The notes under the pieces were generated by a model, which was given only the letters and a program-made list of their open reading frames with translations, was not told where the DNA came from and ran no database searches. Of a DNA stretch of 64,000 nt, positions 23,040 through 36,584 are shown piece after piece. The first letter of the stretch is position 1. The number at the start of each line of letters is the position of its first letter. Origin of the DNA: Squalus acanthias (taxonomy: Eukaryota); NCBI GenBank assembly GCA_030390025.1, contig JASTWF010000355.1, positions 186,001-250,000 of the forward strand, in the 5' to 3' direction. Position numbers and translations under genes: made by a program.

Positions 23040-23500
23040 ACGAATTCTGCCTACTTCCCGCGCTGCCATATCTTCAGTCTCCACCCAAGCCTCAGCTCAT
23101 CTGCAACCCTAAGTCGTGCTCTTCGTAACTTCCGGACTCGACTATTCCAATGGTCTCCTGGCTGTCCTCCCACATTACACACTCCATAAACAAGCTATTT
23201 GAAATCTCTGCTGCCCATGTCCGAATTCGCATCAATCCAGTTTACCCATTACCCATGTGCTACTTTGGCTCACGGTCAGGGAAGGTCTTGACTTAAAAAA
23301 ATCTAATTCTTATTATCAAATGCCTCCATGTCCTCGATCCCTCGTTATCTCTGTAATCTCCTCCAGCCACACAATCCGCCGAGATAACTGCGCTCCTCCA
23401 ATTCATGCCTCTTACACATACTTCGCTCTATCATTGCCGGCCGTGCTTCAGCTGCCAGTACGCTGAGCTCAGGAATTACAACCTTTAAACTTTCCCTCCC
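23040..23500 (+). mobile_element. Old L2-like LINE 3' fragment
   Basis: SGLDYSNGLLAVLP-like translation and L2-type 3' sequence; highly degenerate. Confidence 0.55.
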
Positions 23501-23968
23501 TTAGCAAAAGGTTCACTGCTAATGTCTCAGGGTTTGGGGAGATTATCCAGTGTACTGTGTGCACTGAGAAAGATGATTGAAGGTATTCAGCGTTCAGGCT
23601 GTAAGAAGGGTTCCTGGGTTTGATGAGTTTGGTTTGTTCCAGAAATTTCGGTATTGAATTGTTTTCATGGATTTCACAAAATAAATGCAGGAAAAAGGCT
23701 CACAATTAGCAAAATAATTAATAATGGAGTGAATTGAAAGTCAGAAGTAAGAAGTTAACTCAGGGTATTTTTGTCACCCATGGCGTAATTGGTGGACCAG
23801 TTACCAGCGAAGGAGAGTAATGGGGTCGCCTTCGATGGGACAGGGACAATTGAACGTGTTTATGTAGATACAGGGAGAGGAGGGGTAAGTGGGTCATCTC
23901 CATACAGGGACAGGCTTATTTTGGGTCAAATACACATTTTCTGCACCTAATCATTTTCCTGTTATAAT

Positions 23969-24675
23969 GGGCCGAATTTTCCGACCTCCACAGGCGTGTA
24001 CGAGGTGTGTCCGCACCGATAGGTGTCTTGCAAGTGCCGGTTTTAGGCAATAGAGGCGCATGCGGTAAAAACAGGCACTTGTGATCTGTCAAGGTCCGCC
24101 GGCCCAGGAAAAGTGCCTCTGCGGGTGGAGAGTTGAGCTTTTCGCACAACATCCACCCGCTGAAAGGCCGCGGAAGCATTACGCCTCGTAAAAGCAGTGT
24201 TGAAAAATAGAAAAATTACATTTGATAACTCCTATATAAATTAAAAATACTCTTCAAAAAGGTAAGTTTATTTTTAGCCCTGTAAAACTTTAAATTTTTT
24301 TTCCATTAATTTAATTTTTAAAAGCAATATTTAATTAAATGGAATGTTAACTAGTTTTAATTATGTGATGTTTTTATAAAATGTATTTAATGTTTTAGAG
24401 TGTATTTAAATGAGATACCATTCATACTTTTGACAGTTCTGTGTGTACGGACCCGTGCAAAATATGAAGGGGAAACCGTTCTTTGATTGGTTCACCTAGC
24501 CCACGTGATCCCAGGGGTGCGCGAACCGTATGGGCCCCTGGGATACGTGGTCGTCGTCCAGCGCGGACCCGGAGAGACCCAGCCTCGGGATTTACCGAAC
24601 CAGCAGGTAGGTTAGTAGATTTTTTCCGATCGGAGGCACCGCACGCAGGAAGTCTCCGATCGGAAATTCAGGGCC
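23969..24675. mobile_element. Non-autonomous DNA transposon (MITE-like) with imperfect TIRs
   Basis: Left end GGGCCGAATTTTCCGA and right end TCGGAAATTCAGGGCC; AT-rich core. Confidence 0.55.
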
Positions 24676-25707
24676 ATTGTGTGTCAGAAATTGCGAACAA
24701 TTTTTTCAGCAGTTTTACACATAGGTTTATTGAATGTGTTTTATAACAATCCTCTGTCATATCACCGATTAGAAACCGAAATACAACTATAGCCCACTTC
24801 ACTCAGTGTAATGTTAGAGCAGAAAACATTTACAGTACATTTGAAATGTTCTACCAAGAATCATACACCGTTGTTTAATTTTGGTCTTAGTGTCCTGTAC
24901 TGCAGGATTGGGAACTAACATATTTTTCCGTTAGTCATTACATTGGGTCTAAAAAGACTCGTGAATTGAAGGACTATTCCTTGAGTAGAATAATGGGGAG
25001 ACTGTCAGCGTACACGGTTATTGCTGGGTAAAATTGACAGCAACTTCTTGTGTCTGCACATGCGCAGTTTAACACGGAAATCCAGAAGTTGCTGTCAGAG
25101 ATACACTGCTCTTCCACAAGAGGCGCTGTTGCAGTCCTCGCCGAGAGTCGGAATTGAAATCACTGCAACTGCGTAAACTTGGGGTACTTACCCAGTAGAT
25201 CACACTAAAGACGGCTGAAAGAGTTAGGGCTATTGCATTCAGGATTAAGTGAAATTTCAAACGGCCTAATGTGATAATTACTGCTGAACAATCTGTCTGG
25301 CACTGACAAAATAATTATACATGTGTGGAGTCTCATACCCTCAGAAGAAAATTAACGTAGCAGAATTTTAAAAAATTATCGATATGTACATTTACTTTTT
25401 CTGTTTGTCTCCTTTATCTATCTTCCTTAATCTAATAAAAAGTTCTCAAACTTTATTTCATTTTCTCTACATGATAAAAATGTACATTTTATTTCCTGTT
25501 TTATAATTCCTTGTTTGGAATTTGCGCCACAGTGAGATCCTTCCATGTGACTGGTTGAAGTACCGAGCAGTTTTTTCTCCTGCTCACAGTCCGCAAATCC
25601 CCCGTAGAGGGCGCTGCGCTGGAAAAGACGACTGATGGCAGCGGGTCTGTGCTCTAAAGTCGGTCAATCTTTGTGGGCAGCTTTCAACGTTCCTTTGACG
25701 CTGATTC

Positions 25708-26150
25708 GTGATCCTGACAGATGTGTATGGGGTTTCACATTGTATCAGGAATCTGTCAGGTGTGTATGGGGTTTCACATTGTATCAGGATCCTGTCAGAT
25801 GTGTATGGGATTTCACAGTGTATCAGGATCTTGCCAGGTGTGTATGGGGTTTCACAGTGTATCGGGATCCTGCCAGGTGTGTATGGTGGTTCACAGTATA
25901 TCAGAAACCTGCTAGGTGTCTACGGGGTTTCACAGTGTATCAGGAGCCTGCCAGGTATATATGAGGTTTCACAGTGTATCAGGGTATTGCCTGGTGTGTA
26001 TGGTGTTTCACAGTGTATCAGGATTCTGCCAGGTGTGTTTGGGGTTTCACAGTGTATCAGGATCCTGCCAGGTGTGTATGGAGTTTCACAGTGTATCAGG
26101 ATCCTGCCTGGTTTGTATGGGGTTTCACCGTGTATCAGGATCCTGCCAGT
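25708..26150. repeat. 39-bp minisatellite, ~11 copies
   Basis: Unit GGATCCTGCCAGGTGTGTATGGGGTTTCACAGTGTATCA. Confidence 0.95.
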
Positions 26151-26588
26151 TTTCCACATTGTCGGATAGATGCCAGTGTTGTGGCTGTACTGGAACAGTT
26201 TGCCTAGAAGTGCGGCTAGTTCTGGAGCACAAGTGTTCAGCACGATAGCCCGGATATTGTCAGGGCCCATAATCTTTGTTGTATCCAGTGCGCTCTGCCT
26301 TTTCTTGTTATCACGTGGAGTGAGTCGAATTGGCTGAAGATTGGCTTCTGTGATGATCGGGACCTCAGGAGGAGGACGATATGCATCATCCATTCGGCAC
26401 TTCTGGCTGAAGATGATTACAAACGCTTTAGCTTTGTCTTTTGCACGCACGTGCTGGGCGCCACCAACATTTAGGATGGGGATATTCAAGGAGCCTCCTC
26501 CGCCCTTTAGTTGTTTAATGGCCCACCACCATTCACGACTGGATGTGGCAGGACTGCAGAGCTTTGATCTGATCAGTTGATTGTGGGA
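26150..26588 (-). mobile_element. CR1/L2-group LINE fragment, same family as 240-1850
   Basis: KDKAKAFVIIFSQKCRM...GPDNI...YPTMWK. Confidence 0.8.
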
Positions 26589-26589
26589 T

Positions 26590-27105
26590 CTCCTCAATCT
26601 CTCATCATAGGACAGCCATCTCATCCCAGGAATCAACCTAGTGAAACTTCGTTACACCACCTCTGAGACAAATATTTCCTTCATCAGATAAGAAGATCAA
26701 AACTGTGCACAGTACTGCAGGTATGGTGTCACTGAAGCCTTGTGTAATTGACGTAACACTTCACTTGGACTTCAACATGCCATTGCCTTCCAATTTGCTT
26801 GCTGTACCTGCATGCTAGTTTTCTGTGTTTCCTGTAAGCAGACACCTAATACTCTCTGAACACCAACATTTAATAGTTTCTTACCATTTAAAAAAATCTG
26901 TTTTTCTATTGATCCTACCAAAGTGAATAACCTTACATTTCCCTACATCATAATCCATCTGCCATCTTATTTCCCACTCACTTAGTTTATCTTTATCCCT
27001 TTGCAAACTCTTTGTGTCCTCACAGCTTACTGTCCCACCTAGCTTTGAATCATCAGCAAACTTGGATACATGACACTCGATCCCTTCAGCTATATCACTA
27101 ATACA
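26590..27105 (-). mobile_element. Degenerate CR1 RT fragment
   Basis: LIPGMRWLSYDERL and upstream CR1 sequence. Confidence 0.75.
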
Positions 27106-28537
27106 TTCTTCTTAGGCTTCTTAGGCAGTCCCTCGGAACCGAGGATGACTTGCTTCCACATTAAAGTGAGTTCTCAGGTGACTGATGATTCCAATGCGAG
27201 ACCTACAGTCACTGTCACAGGTGGGGCAGACGGTGGTTGAAGGGGCGGGTGGGTGGGGTGCTGGGTTGAAGCTCGCTCCTTCTGCAGATTGCGCATGGCT
27301 TCCACTTGCACCCGGCGAAGAGACTCGAGGTGTGTGGCGCTTCCTGGATGCTTCTCCTCCACTTTGTGCGATCTTGGGCCCGGTATTCCAAGGTGTCGGT
27401 GGGGATGTGGCACTTTTACAAGGAGGCTTTGAGGGTGTCCTTGAAGCGTTTCCTATGCCCACCTGGGGCTCTCTTGCCGTGCCAGAGCTCTGAGTAGAGC
27501 GCTTGTTTTGAGAGTCCCGTATCAGGTATGCGGACGATGTGGCCCGTCCATCTGAGCTGATTGAGCGTTATCAAAGCTTCGCTGCTGGGGATGTTGGTCT
27601 GAGCGAGAACACTGACTTTGCTGCGCCCATCCTGCCAAAGGATTTGCAGGATCTTGCGGGGGCAGCTTTGGTGGTTCCTCTCCAATGCGTTGAGGTGCCA
27701 GCTTTACATGGTCCATGTCACTGAAGCATACAGGAGGGCGGGAATCACTACTGCTCTGTAGACCATGAGCTTCGTGCCGGGTTTGAGGTCCTGGTCTTCG
27801 AACACTCTCTTCCTCAGGCGACTGAAAGCTGCAATGGCAAACTGAAGGCGGTGTTGGACTTCGTCATCGTAGTCTGCCCTTGTTGACAGTAGGCTCCCGA
27901 GGTATGGAAAGTGGTCCACGTTGTCCAAGGCCTCGTCATGGATTTTGATAATCAGGGGGCGGTACTGTGTGGCGGGGGCAAGTTGGTAGCGGACCTTTGT
28001 CTTCCGGATGTTTAGTGTAAGGCCCATGCTCTCCTATGCTTCGGTGAAGGAGTTGACGAAGGTTTGGAGCTCGAACTCCGAGTGACCGCAGGCGCAAGCG
28101 TCGTCTGCATACTGTAATTCCATGACCGAGGATGGGATGACATTGGATCTGGACTGGAGGCGACGGTGATTGAAAAGTTTTCCGTTTGTTCTGTAGATTA
28201 GCTCCACTCCAGCGGGGAACTTACTGAGGGTGAGATGGAGCATTGCAGCAAGGAAGATCGAGAAGAGAGTTAGTGCGATGACACAGCCTTGCTTCTCCCC
28301 GTTCCGAACCTGAATTGGGTCTGCGTTGGATCTGTTGGTCAGGATCACGGCTTGCATGTCGTCGTGAAGCAGGCGAAGGATGGTGTCAAACTTTTGAGGC
28401 AGCCGAATTTGAGGAGGAGACTCCATAATCCCACACGGTTGACAGTGTCGAAGGCCTTTGTGAGATCAAAGAAGGCCATGTACAGCGGTTGGTGCTGTTT
28501 CCTGCATTTCTCTTGTAATTGACGCGCGGTGAAGATC
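27106..28537 (-). mobile_element. RTE-clade LINE, 3' part
   Basis: IFTARQLQEKC, QGCVIA.TLF, LQYADD, LRWTGHIVR, C-terminal CCHH-like CPTC...SHLRTH and an (AAG)n tail. Confidence 0.88.
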
Positions 28538-28549
28538 TAAAGAACTAGC

Positions 28550-29065
28550 AAACTAAAGAACAGGTGGTGGGTGGAGAAAGCGCAAGATATCCAGCAGCTA
28601 GCCAACAGACACGACATGTGTGGATTCTTTAGCGCAGTCAAGACCGCCTACGGCCCAAGCACCCAAGGTCCTACCCCACTGCGAGCCAAGGACGGTGAGG
28701 TACTCATCAAGGACTGGGAGGCAGTCAGTGCCCGCTGGAAGAAGCACTTCGAAGATCTCCTCATCCGAGACTCTGTCTTCGACGCGAGTGTCCTCAACTC
28801 CATCCCGCAGCACGCTACCCGCCATCATCTCAGCACAACCCCAGTCCGGCATGCGGTTGAAATGACCATCCGACAACTGAAGAAAAACAAGGCCTCAGAG
28901 CAGATGGAATCCCTGCCGAGGCGCTAAAGCACGGCGGAGAAGCACTACTGGCGCGCTTTCATGAACACATTTCTCTTATCTGGACCGAGGAGAGCATGCC
29001 AGCGAATCTCAGAGACGCCATAATTGTGACCATCTTCAAGAAGGGTGCCAAGTCTGATTGCGGTA
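28550..29065 (+). mobile_element. RTE-clade LINE upstream part, inverted relative to 27106-28537
   Basis: GFFSAVKTAYGP...RWKKHFEDLL...DAIIVTIFKKG. Confidence 0.85.
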
Positions 29066-31250
29066 CAGTTATACAGGGTCTTGGTGAGACGACACCTGGC
29101 GTACTGTGTGCAGTTTTGGTCTCCTTACCTAAGAAAGGATATACATGCCATAGAGGGAAGGTTCAGCAGAATGATTCCTGGGATGGCAGGACTATCGTAT
29201 GAGGAGCGATTAGGTCGACTAGGCCTGTATTCACTAGAGTTTAGAAGAATGAGAGGGGATATCATTGAAACTAATAAAATTCTGACAGGGCTGGAAAGCC
29301 TGGATGTAGGGAGGATGTTTCCCCTGGCTGGTGGGTCTAGACCGAGGGGCCACAGTCTCAGAATACGGGGCAGGACATTTAGGACTGAGATGAGGAGAAA
29401 TTTCTTCACTCAGAGGGTGGTGAACTTGTGGAATTCTCTACCACAAAATGCTAGAGTCTATTATAAAGGATATGATAACAAAACACTTGGAAAATATCAA
29501 CGGGATTAGACAAAGTCAACATGGATTTATGAAAGGGAAATCGTATTTGACAAATCTACTGGAGATTTTTGAGGATGTAACTGGTAGAATAGATAAAGTA
29601 GAACAAGTGGATGTGGTGTATTTGGATTTTCAGAAGACCTTTGATAAAGCCCCACATAAGAGGCTAGCATGCAAAATTAAAGCACATGGGATTGGCGGTA
29701 ATATACTGGCATGGATTGAAAATTGATTAACAGACAGGAAACAGAGATTACGAATAAATTGGACTTTTCCAGGGTGGCAGGCGGTGACTAGTGGAGTACG
29801 GCAGGGATCACTGCTTGGGTCGCAGATATTCACAATATATATCAATGATTTGGATGAGCGATCCAATTGTAATATTTCCATGTTTGCTGACGACACGCAA
29901 CTAGGTGGGATTGTGAGTTGTGCGGAGGATGCAAAGAGGCTTCAAGGCGATTTAGGCAAGTTGAGTGAGTGGGCAAATACATGGCAGATGCAGTATAACG
30001 TGGATAAATATGAAGTTATCCACTTCGGTAGGAAATACAGAAAGGCAGACTATTATTTAAATGGTGATAGATTGGGAAATGTTGATTTACAAAGGGACCT
30101 GGGTGTCCTTGTTTACCAGTCACTGAAAGCAAACATGCAGGTGCAGCAAGCAGTTAGGAAGCCAAATGGTATGTTGGCCTTCATTGCAAGAGGATTTGAG
30201 TATAGCAACAAGGATGTTTTACTACTGTTATACACGGTCTTGGTGAGACCACATCTGGAGTCCTGTGTGCAGTTTTGGTTCCATTACCTAAGAAAGGATA
30301 TACTAGCCCGAGAGGGAAGGTTCAGCAGACTAATTCCTGGGATGGCAGGACTGTCGTATGATGAGAGATTGGGTCGACTAGGCCTTTATTCACCAGAGTT
30401 TCGAAAAATTAGAGGGGATCTCACTGAAAGGAATAAAATTCTGACAGGGCTAGACAGACTGGATGCAGGAAGGATGTTTCCCCAGGGTGTGGGCTCTAGA
30501 ACGAGGGGTTACAGTCTCAGGATACGTGGTAGGGCATTAAGGACTGAGATGAGGAGAAATTTCTTCAGTCAGAGGGTGGTGAGCCTGTGGAATTCTCCAC
30601 AATAGAAGGTTGTGGAGGCCAAGTCATTGAATATATTTAAGAAGGAGATAGATAGATTTCTGGACACAAAAGGCGCTAATGAGTGTTGGGAGAGAGCGGG
30701 AATTTAGTATTGAGATAACGGATCCGCCATTATCATAAAGAATGGCAGAGCAGGCTCGAATGGCCGACTGACCTACTTCTGCTCCTATTTTATTATGTTT
30801 CTATGTATTGCCTACAGTTCTGGTCACCAGACTTTAGGAAGGATGAGAAGGCCGTTGAGATTGTGCAAGGAAGATTTACCCGAAATGTTTCCGGGGATCG
30901 GGTATCTTATCTGTAAGGACAAGTTGGAGAAGCTGGATTTGTTTTCATTAGAGCAATGTGGGTTGAGGGGTGATTACATAGAGGTGTACAAGATTATGAC
31001 GGGTGCGGATAGGCTAGACGGGGTAAGGAGGTTCTTACTAGTTGATGGCAGAAGGAGTAGGGGCCAAAGATTTAAGGTTTTGGGAAGAGATAAAGGGGAT
31101 ATGTGAGGAAAAACGTTTTCACTCAGCGAGCCGTGAAGAACTGGAATTCGCTGCCGACGGAAGTGGTGGAAGCGGTGACACTCAATATTTTCAATGGGAG
31201 ACAGGATAGGCACTTGAGGGAAATACACCTGAAGGCTACGGGGATAAGGC
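29066..31250 (+). mobile_element. Three tandem CR1 fragments (29066-29446, 29446-30805, 30806-31250)
   Basis: QHGFMKGKS, YLDFQK, FADDT and VRPHLE motifs plus CR1 3' tails. Confidence 0.88.
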
Positions 31251-31754
31251 TCCTCCAGCACGGCACGGGGGTCACCTTATCTGCCTGAGTAGCAGTCACA
31301 TCCTCCTGTCCCTGACCACTATCCAGACCTATACCATTACCTAGTCTAAGGGGAGTGACTGCTTCCAGGATCAAAGTGGCCAGGTAGTTCACCCCATCCC
31401 TGCTAATTCACAATGTCTGCGCCTCAGACTCCAGCTCAAAAACTCTGAACTAGAAGTTCCTCAAGATGAAGGCACTTACTGCACACGTGGTTGTCCGGGA
31501 TCACAATGCTCTCCAGAACATCCTACAAGCTGCAATTGCGGCACACCAACTGCACTGCAATCCCTGTATGGCCTTGAGAGAGAGCTCGGGAGAGACAGAA
31601 AGTGAGACAGAGAGAAGTAGAATCACAGGGGAAGTGATAGAGGGTTGCATAGAGGGGCCAAAAGACAAAAATAGAGGGAAAGAGAGAGTGAGAAAGGCAG
31701 ACTGCGAAAGAGGGAGAGAGAGTGACGGAGAGAGAGAGGGAGAGTCGGAGAGAG

Positions 31755-34700
31755 AAACATAGAAACATAGAAGATAGGAGCAGGAGTAGGCCATTCGGCC
31801 CCTCGAGCCTCTTCCGCCAATAAATGAGATCATGGCTGATCATCCAAATTCAGTACCATGTCCCTGCTTTCTCCCCATATCCCTTGATCCCTTTAGCCTT
31901 AAGAAATATATCTAACTCCCTCTTGAACATATTTAATGAGTTGGCCTCAACTACCTTCTGTGGTAGAGAATTTCACAGGTTCAACAATCTCTGGGTGAAG
32001 AAATTCCTCCTCATCTCAGTCCTAAATAGGTTACCAATTATCCTTAGACTGTGACCTCTGGTTCTAGACTCCCCCGCAATCACGAACATCCTTCCTGTAT
32101 CTAGTCTGTCTAGTCCTGTTAGAATTGTATACGTTTCAATGAGATCCCATCTCATTCTTCTAAACTCTAGCGAATATAAGGCTAATCGACCCAATCTCTC
32201 TTCATACGTCATTCCTGCAATTCCAGGTATCAGTCTGGTGAATCTTCGCTGCACTCCCTCCATAGCAAGAACATCCTTCCTCAGATAAGGCGACCAGAAC
32301 TGCACACAATACTCAAGGTGTGGTCTCACAAAGGCCCTGTTCAACTGCAGCAAGACATCCTTGCTCCTGTACTCGAATCCACTCGCTATGAAGGCCGACA
32401 TACCATTTGCCTTCTTAACCGCCTGTAGCACCTGCATGCTTAGCTTCAGCGACTGGTGCAAAAGGACACCCAGGTCTCGTTGCACTTCCCCTTTTCCCAA
32501 TCTATTGCCGTTCCGTTAATAATCTGTCTTCCTGTTTATTGCCAGCAAACTGGACAACCTCGCATTTATGCACATTATACGGCATCTGCCATGCATCTGC
32601 CCAATCACCCAACCTGTCCAAATCATACTGGGGTTTCTCTGCATCCTCCTCACAGAACACACGCCCACCCAGCTTTGTGTCGTCTGCAAACTTGGAGCTT
32701 TTACATCTAGTTACCTCGTCTAGATCATTTATATAGATTGTGAATAACTGGGGTCCTAGCACCGATCCCTGCGGTACCCCACTAGTAACTGCCTGCCACT
32801 CAGAAAAATACCCGTTTACTCCAAATCTTTGCTTCCTGTCTGCCAACCAGTTCTCTATCCAAGTCAATACCTTACACCCAATCCATTGTGCTATAAATTT
32901 GCATGCTAATCTCTTATGCGGGACCTTACCGAAAACCTTCAGAAATTCTGAATACACCACATACATTGGTACTCCCTTCATATATCCTACCAGTTACATC
33001 CTCAAAAATTTCCAGTGGATTAGTCAAGCATGATTTACCTTTTGCAAATCCATGTTGACTTTGTCCGATCCTGTCACTGTTTTCCAAGTGCTCAGCTATT
33101 AAATCTTTTATAATAGACTCTAGCATTTTCCCCACCACCGATGTCAGGCTTACCGGTCTATAATTCCCCGTTTTATAACTACCACCTTTTTTAAATAGTG
33201 GGGTTACATTAGCTAAACTACAATCCATGCGAACTATTCCAGAATCTATAGAATTTTGGAAGATGACCAGCAATGCATCTATTATTTCTAGGGCCACTTC
33301 CTTAAGTACCCTAGGATGTAGATTATCAGGCCCTGGGGATTTATCGGCCTTCAATCCTGTCAATTTCCCAAAAACCATTTCCCTACAAATACTGATTTCA
33401 TTCAAATCTTCCCTCTCATTAGACACTATGTTCCCCGACATCTGTGGGAGTTTATTTGTGTCCTCCTTTGTGAAGACAGAAACAAAGTATGCATTGAATT
33501 GATCTGCTATTTCTTTGTTCCCCATTATAACTTCCCCTGATTCTGACTGCAAGGGACTTGCGCTTGACTTCATCAATCTTTTTCTCTTCACATTTATTTA
33601 GAAGCTTTTACAGTCAGTTTTTATGTTCCCTGAAAGCTTACTCTAATATTATTTTTCCCCCCACATAATTAATCCCTTTGTCCTTCTTTGGTTAACCCTA
33701 AACTGCTCACTGTGGTGGGTAACATTTTTGAGTCTATTATTAAGGAGACAGTAACGGAACATTTAGATAATCATAAGTTAATAGGACAAAGTCAGCATGA
33801 CTTTATGAAGGGGAAGTCATGTCTGACAAATTTGCTTGAGTTCTTTGAGGACATAACGTACAGGGTGGATAAAAGGGAACCAGTGGACGTAGTGTATTTA
33901 GACTTCCAGAAGGCATTCAACAAGGTGTCACATGAAAGATTATTGCTCAAGATAAAACATCAGTGGATTGGGGGTAATATTCTGGCATGGGTGGAGGATT
34001 GGTTATCCAACAGGAAGCAGAGAGCTGGGATAACTGCTTCATTCTCGGACTGGCAACCAGTAGCCAGTGGTGTTCCGCAGTGGTCGGTGCTGGGTCCCCA
34101 ACTCTTTACAATCTATATTAACGATTTGGAGGAGTGGACCGAGTGTAACATATCAAAGTTTGCAGATGATACAAAGATGGGAGGGAAAGTAGAAAGTGAG
34201 GAGGACATAAAAAACCTACAAGGGGATATAGACAGGCTGGGTGAGTGGGCGGAGATTTGGCAGATGCAATACAATATTGGAAAATGTGAGGTTATGCACT
34301 TTGGCAGGAAAAATCAGAGAGCAAGTTATTATCTTAATGGCGAGAAACTGGAAAGTACTGCAGTACAAAGGGATCTGGGGGTCCGAATGCAAGAAAATCA
34401 AAAAGTAAGTATGCAGGTGCAGCAGGTGATCAAGAAGGCCAACTGAATGTGGGCTTTTATTGCTAGGTGGATAGATTATAAAAACAGGGAGGTATTGCTG
34501 CAGTTATATAAGGTATTGGTGAGACCGCACCTGGAATACTGCATACATTTTTGGTGTCCATACTTAAGGAAATACATACTTGCTCTCGATGCAGTACAAA
34601 GAAGGTTCACTCGGTTAATCCCGGGGATGAGGTGGTGGACATATGAGGAGAGGTTGAGTAGATTCGGACTCTACTCATTGGAGTTCAGAAGAATGAGAGC

Positions 34701-35770
34701 CGATCTTATTGAAACATATACGATTGTGAAGGGGGTTGATCGGGTGGATGCAATAAGGATGTTCCCAAGGATGGGTGAAAATAGAACTAGGGGGCAAAAT
34801 CTTAGAATAAGTGGCTGCTCTTTCAAAACTGAGATGAGGAGAAACTTCTTCATTCAGAGGGTAGTAGGTCTGTGGAATTTGCTGCCCCAGGAAGCTGTGG
34901 AAGCTACATCATTAAAAAAATTCAAAACAGAAATAGACAGTTTTGTAGAAGTAAAGGGAATTAGGGGTTACGGGGAGCGGGCAGGAAATTGGACATGAGG
35001 CTGATTTCGGATCGGTCGAGGCCCTATGGGTGGCGGAACGGGCCCAGGGGCTGAGTGGCCGGGTCCTGCTCCTACATCTTGTGTTCTTTAGATTTGAGGT
35101 TAGGATCAGATCAGCCATGATCTTATTGAATGGCGGAGCAGGCTCGAGGGGCCGATTGGCCTACTCCTGCTCCTATTTGTTATGTTCTTATGTTCTCCCA
35201 ATCCTCAGGTTTGCTACTTTTCCTGGGCAATTTATCTGTCCTCTCCTTGAATCATATGCTATCCCTAATTTCCCTTGTTAGCCACGGTTGAGTCACCATT
35301 TTTGTTTTATTTTTTGCCAAACAGGGATGAAAAAATTCTGTAGTTCATCCATGCGATCTTTAAATGTTTGCCATTGCCTATCCACCGTCAACCCCTTAAG
35401 TAACGCTCCCCAATCCATCCTAGCCAACTCGCGCCTCATTCCATCGTAGTTTATTTTATTTAAATTCAGGGCACTATTCCCTGAGTCAACTATTTCACTC
35501 TCCATCTTAATGAAGAACTCTATCAGATTATGATCGCTCCTCCCCAAGGGGTCCCGCACAATAAGATTGCTAATTAAGCCTGTCTCATTACATAATTCCA
35601 AGTCTAAGATGGCCTGATCTCTAGTTCGTTCCTCGATATATTCGTTCAGGAAACCATCCCGTATACACTCTCAAAATTCCTCCTCCACAGTATTGTTACT
35701 AATTTGGTTAGCCCAATCTATATGTAGATTAAAGTCACCCATGATAACTGCTGTGCCCTTGTTGCACGCA
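31755..35770 (-). mobile_element. CR1 LINE (~2.5 kb, endonuclease to 3' tail) split by a nested CR1
   Basis: ORF2 fragments at 31973-33591 and 35293-35770 (GDFNL, SDHN); the host continues AACTGCTC|CCAATCCTCAGG across the insert. Confidence 0.88.
33709..35192 (+). mobile_element. Younger CR1 nested in the opposite orientation
   Basis: RT ORFs 33688-34998 with one stop; (TTATGTTC)n tail. Confidence 0.9.
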
Positions 35771-36584
35771 GCTGGACCAAGTGCCTTTTCCACGCTAAGC
35801 ATACGTAGCCTTTCTAGTACTTCCTGTCTATCAGTTAACACCACTTCCATGGCATCTACGTTTTCCACTTCTACCGATATTTTATCAGTATCCACCTCCT
35901 TCGTAAACACCGATACAAAGTACTCATTGAGTATTCTAGCATAACACTCCGGCTCTCAACATGTATCACGGTCTTTGAATCAAGTAGGCTCCAAACCGCC
36001 TCGTTCTTGAAAAATTGTGTCACATTTACCATTTTCCAATCCTCTGATACCTCCCCTGCATCTAGGGAACATTGGAAGTTTATGTCAAGACAATCTGCTA
36101 TCTCCACACCAACTTCCCTTAGCAAACTTGGATGCCAGACATAATCCAATCTTGCCAATGTTTAAGCCAGGCCTCCGTTAAAGCCAATATTTCATAACCC
36201 CATGTGGGAACTTGCGCCTGCAATTCATCAATCTTATTTGTATCAATCCTAACATTAACATACATGCATTCCAACAGTAAGCTAGTTGGCTTTGCTTTTT
36301 TCGTCACTTTAACTGCTGCTCTTTCAACATTATTCTTTGTTCTATTTCTGTTTGTCCCTCCTAGTTTGCTATGCACCTTTTCTCTCCTCTCTACTGCTGT
36401 GTCGTGGTGCCCCTCCGCCAGTGTATGTTTTTTTTTGCTATCTTATTTTCTTCTTCTGCTCCCCCGCTCTGACTTGACCCCTTTGCCATTGTGCCACTCC
36501 TGCTCAAATGTTTAAGTCCTATCAACTCTAAAACATCCAATTGAAAAATTAATTGAAAACTATCTTTACTGGTCTGCTGCTATG

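Noticed and set aside
25708..26150. The 39-bp unit contains the RSS heptamer CACAGTG and equals the length of a 23-RSS (7+23+9)
   Set aside because: No ACAAAAACC-like nonamer at 12 or 23 bp on either strand (the 23-spacer position reads ATGGGGTTT), and no V/D/J segments are nearby.
25635..26636. Repetitive 13-aa-periodic proteins
   Set aside because: Artefact of a 39-bp (multiple of 3) minisatellite fused to a LINE fragment.
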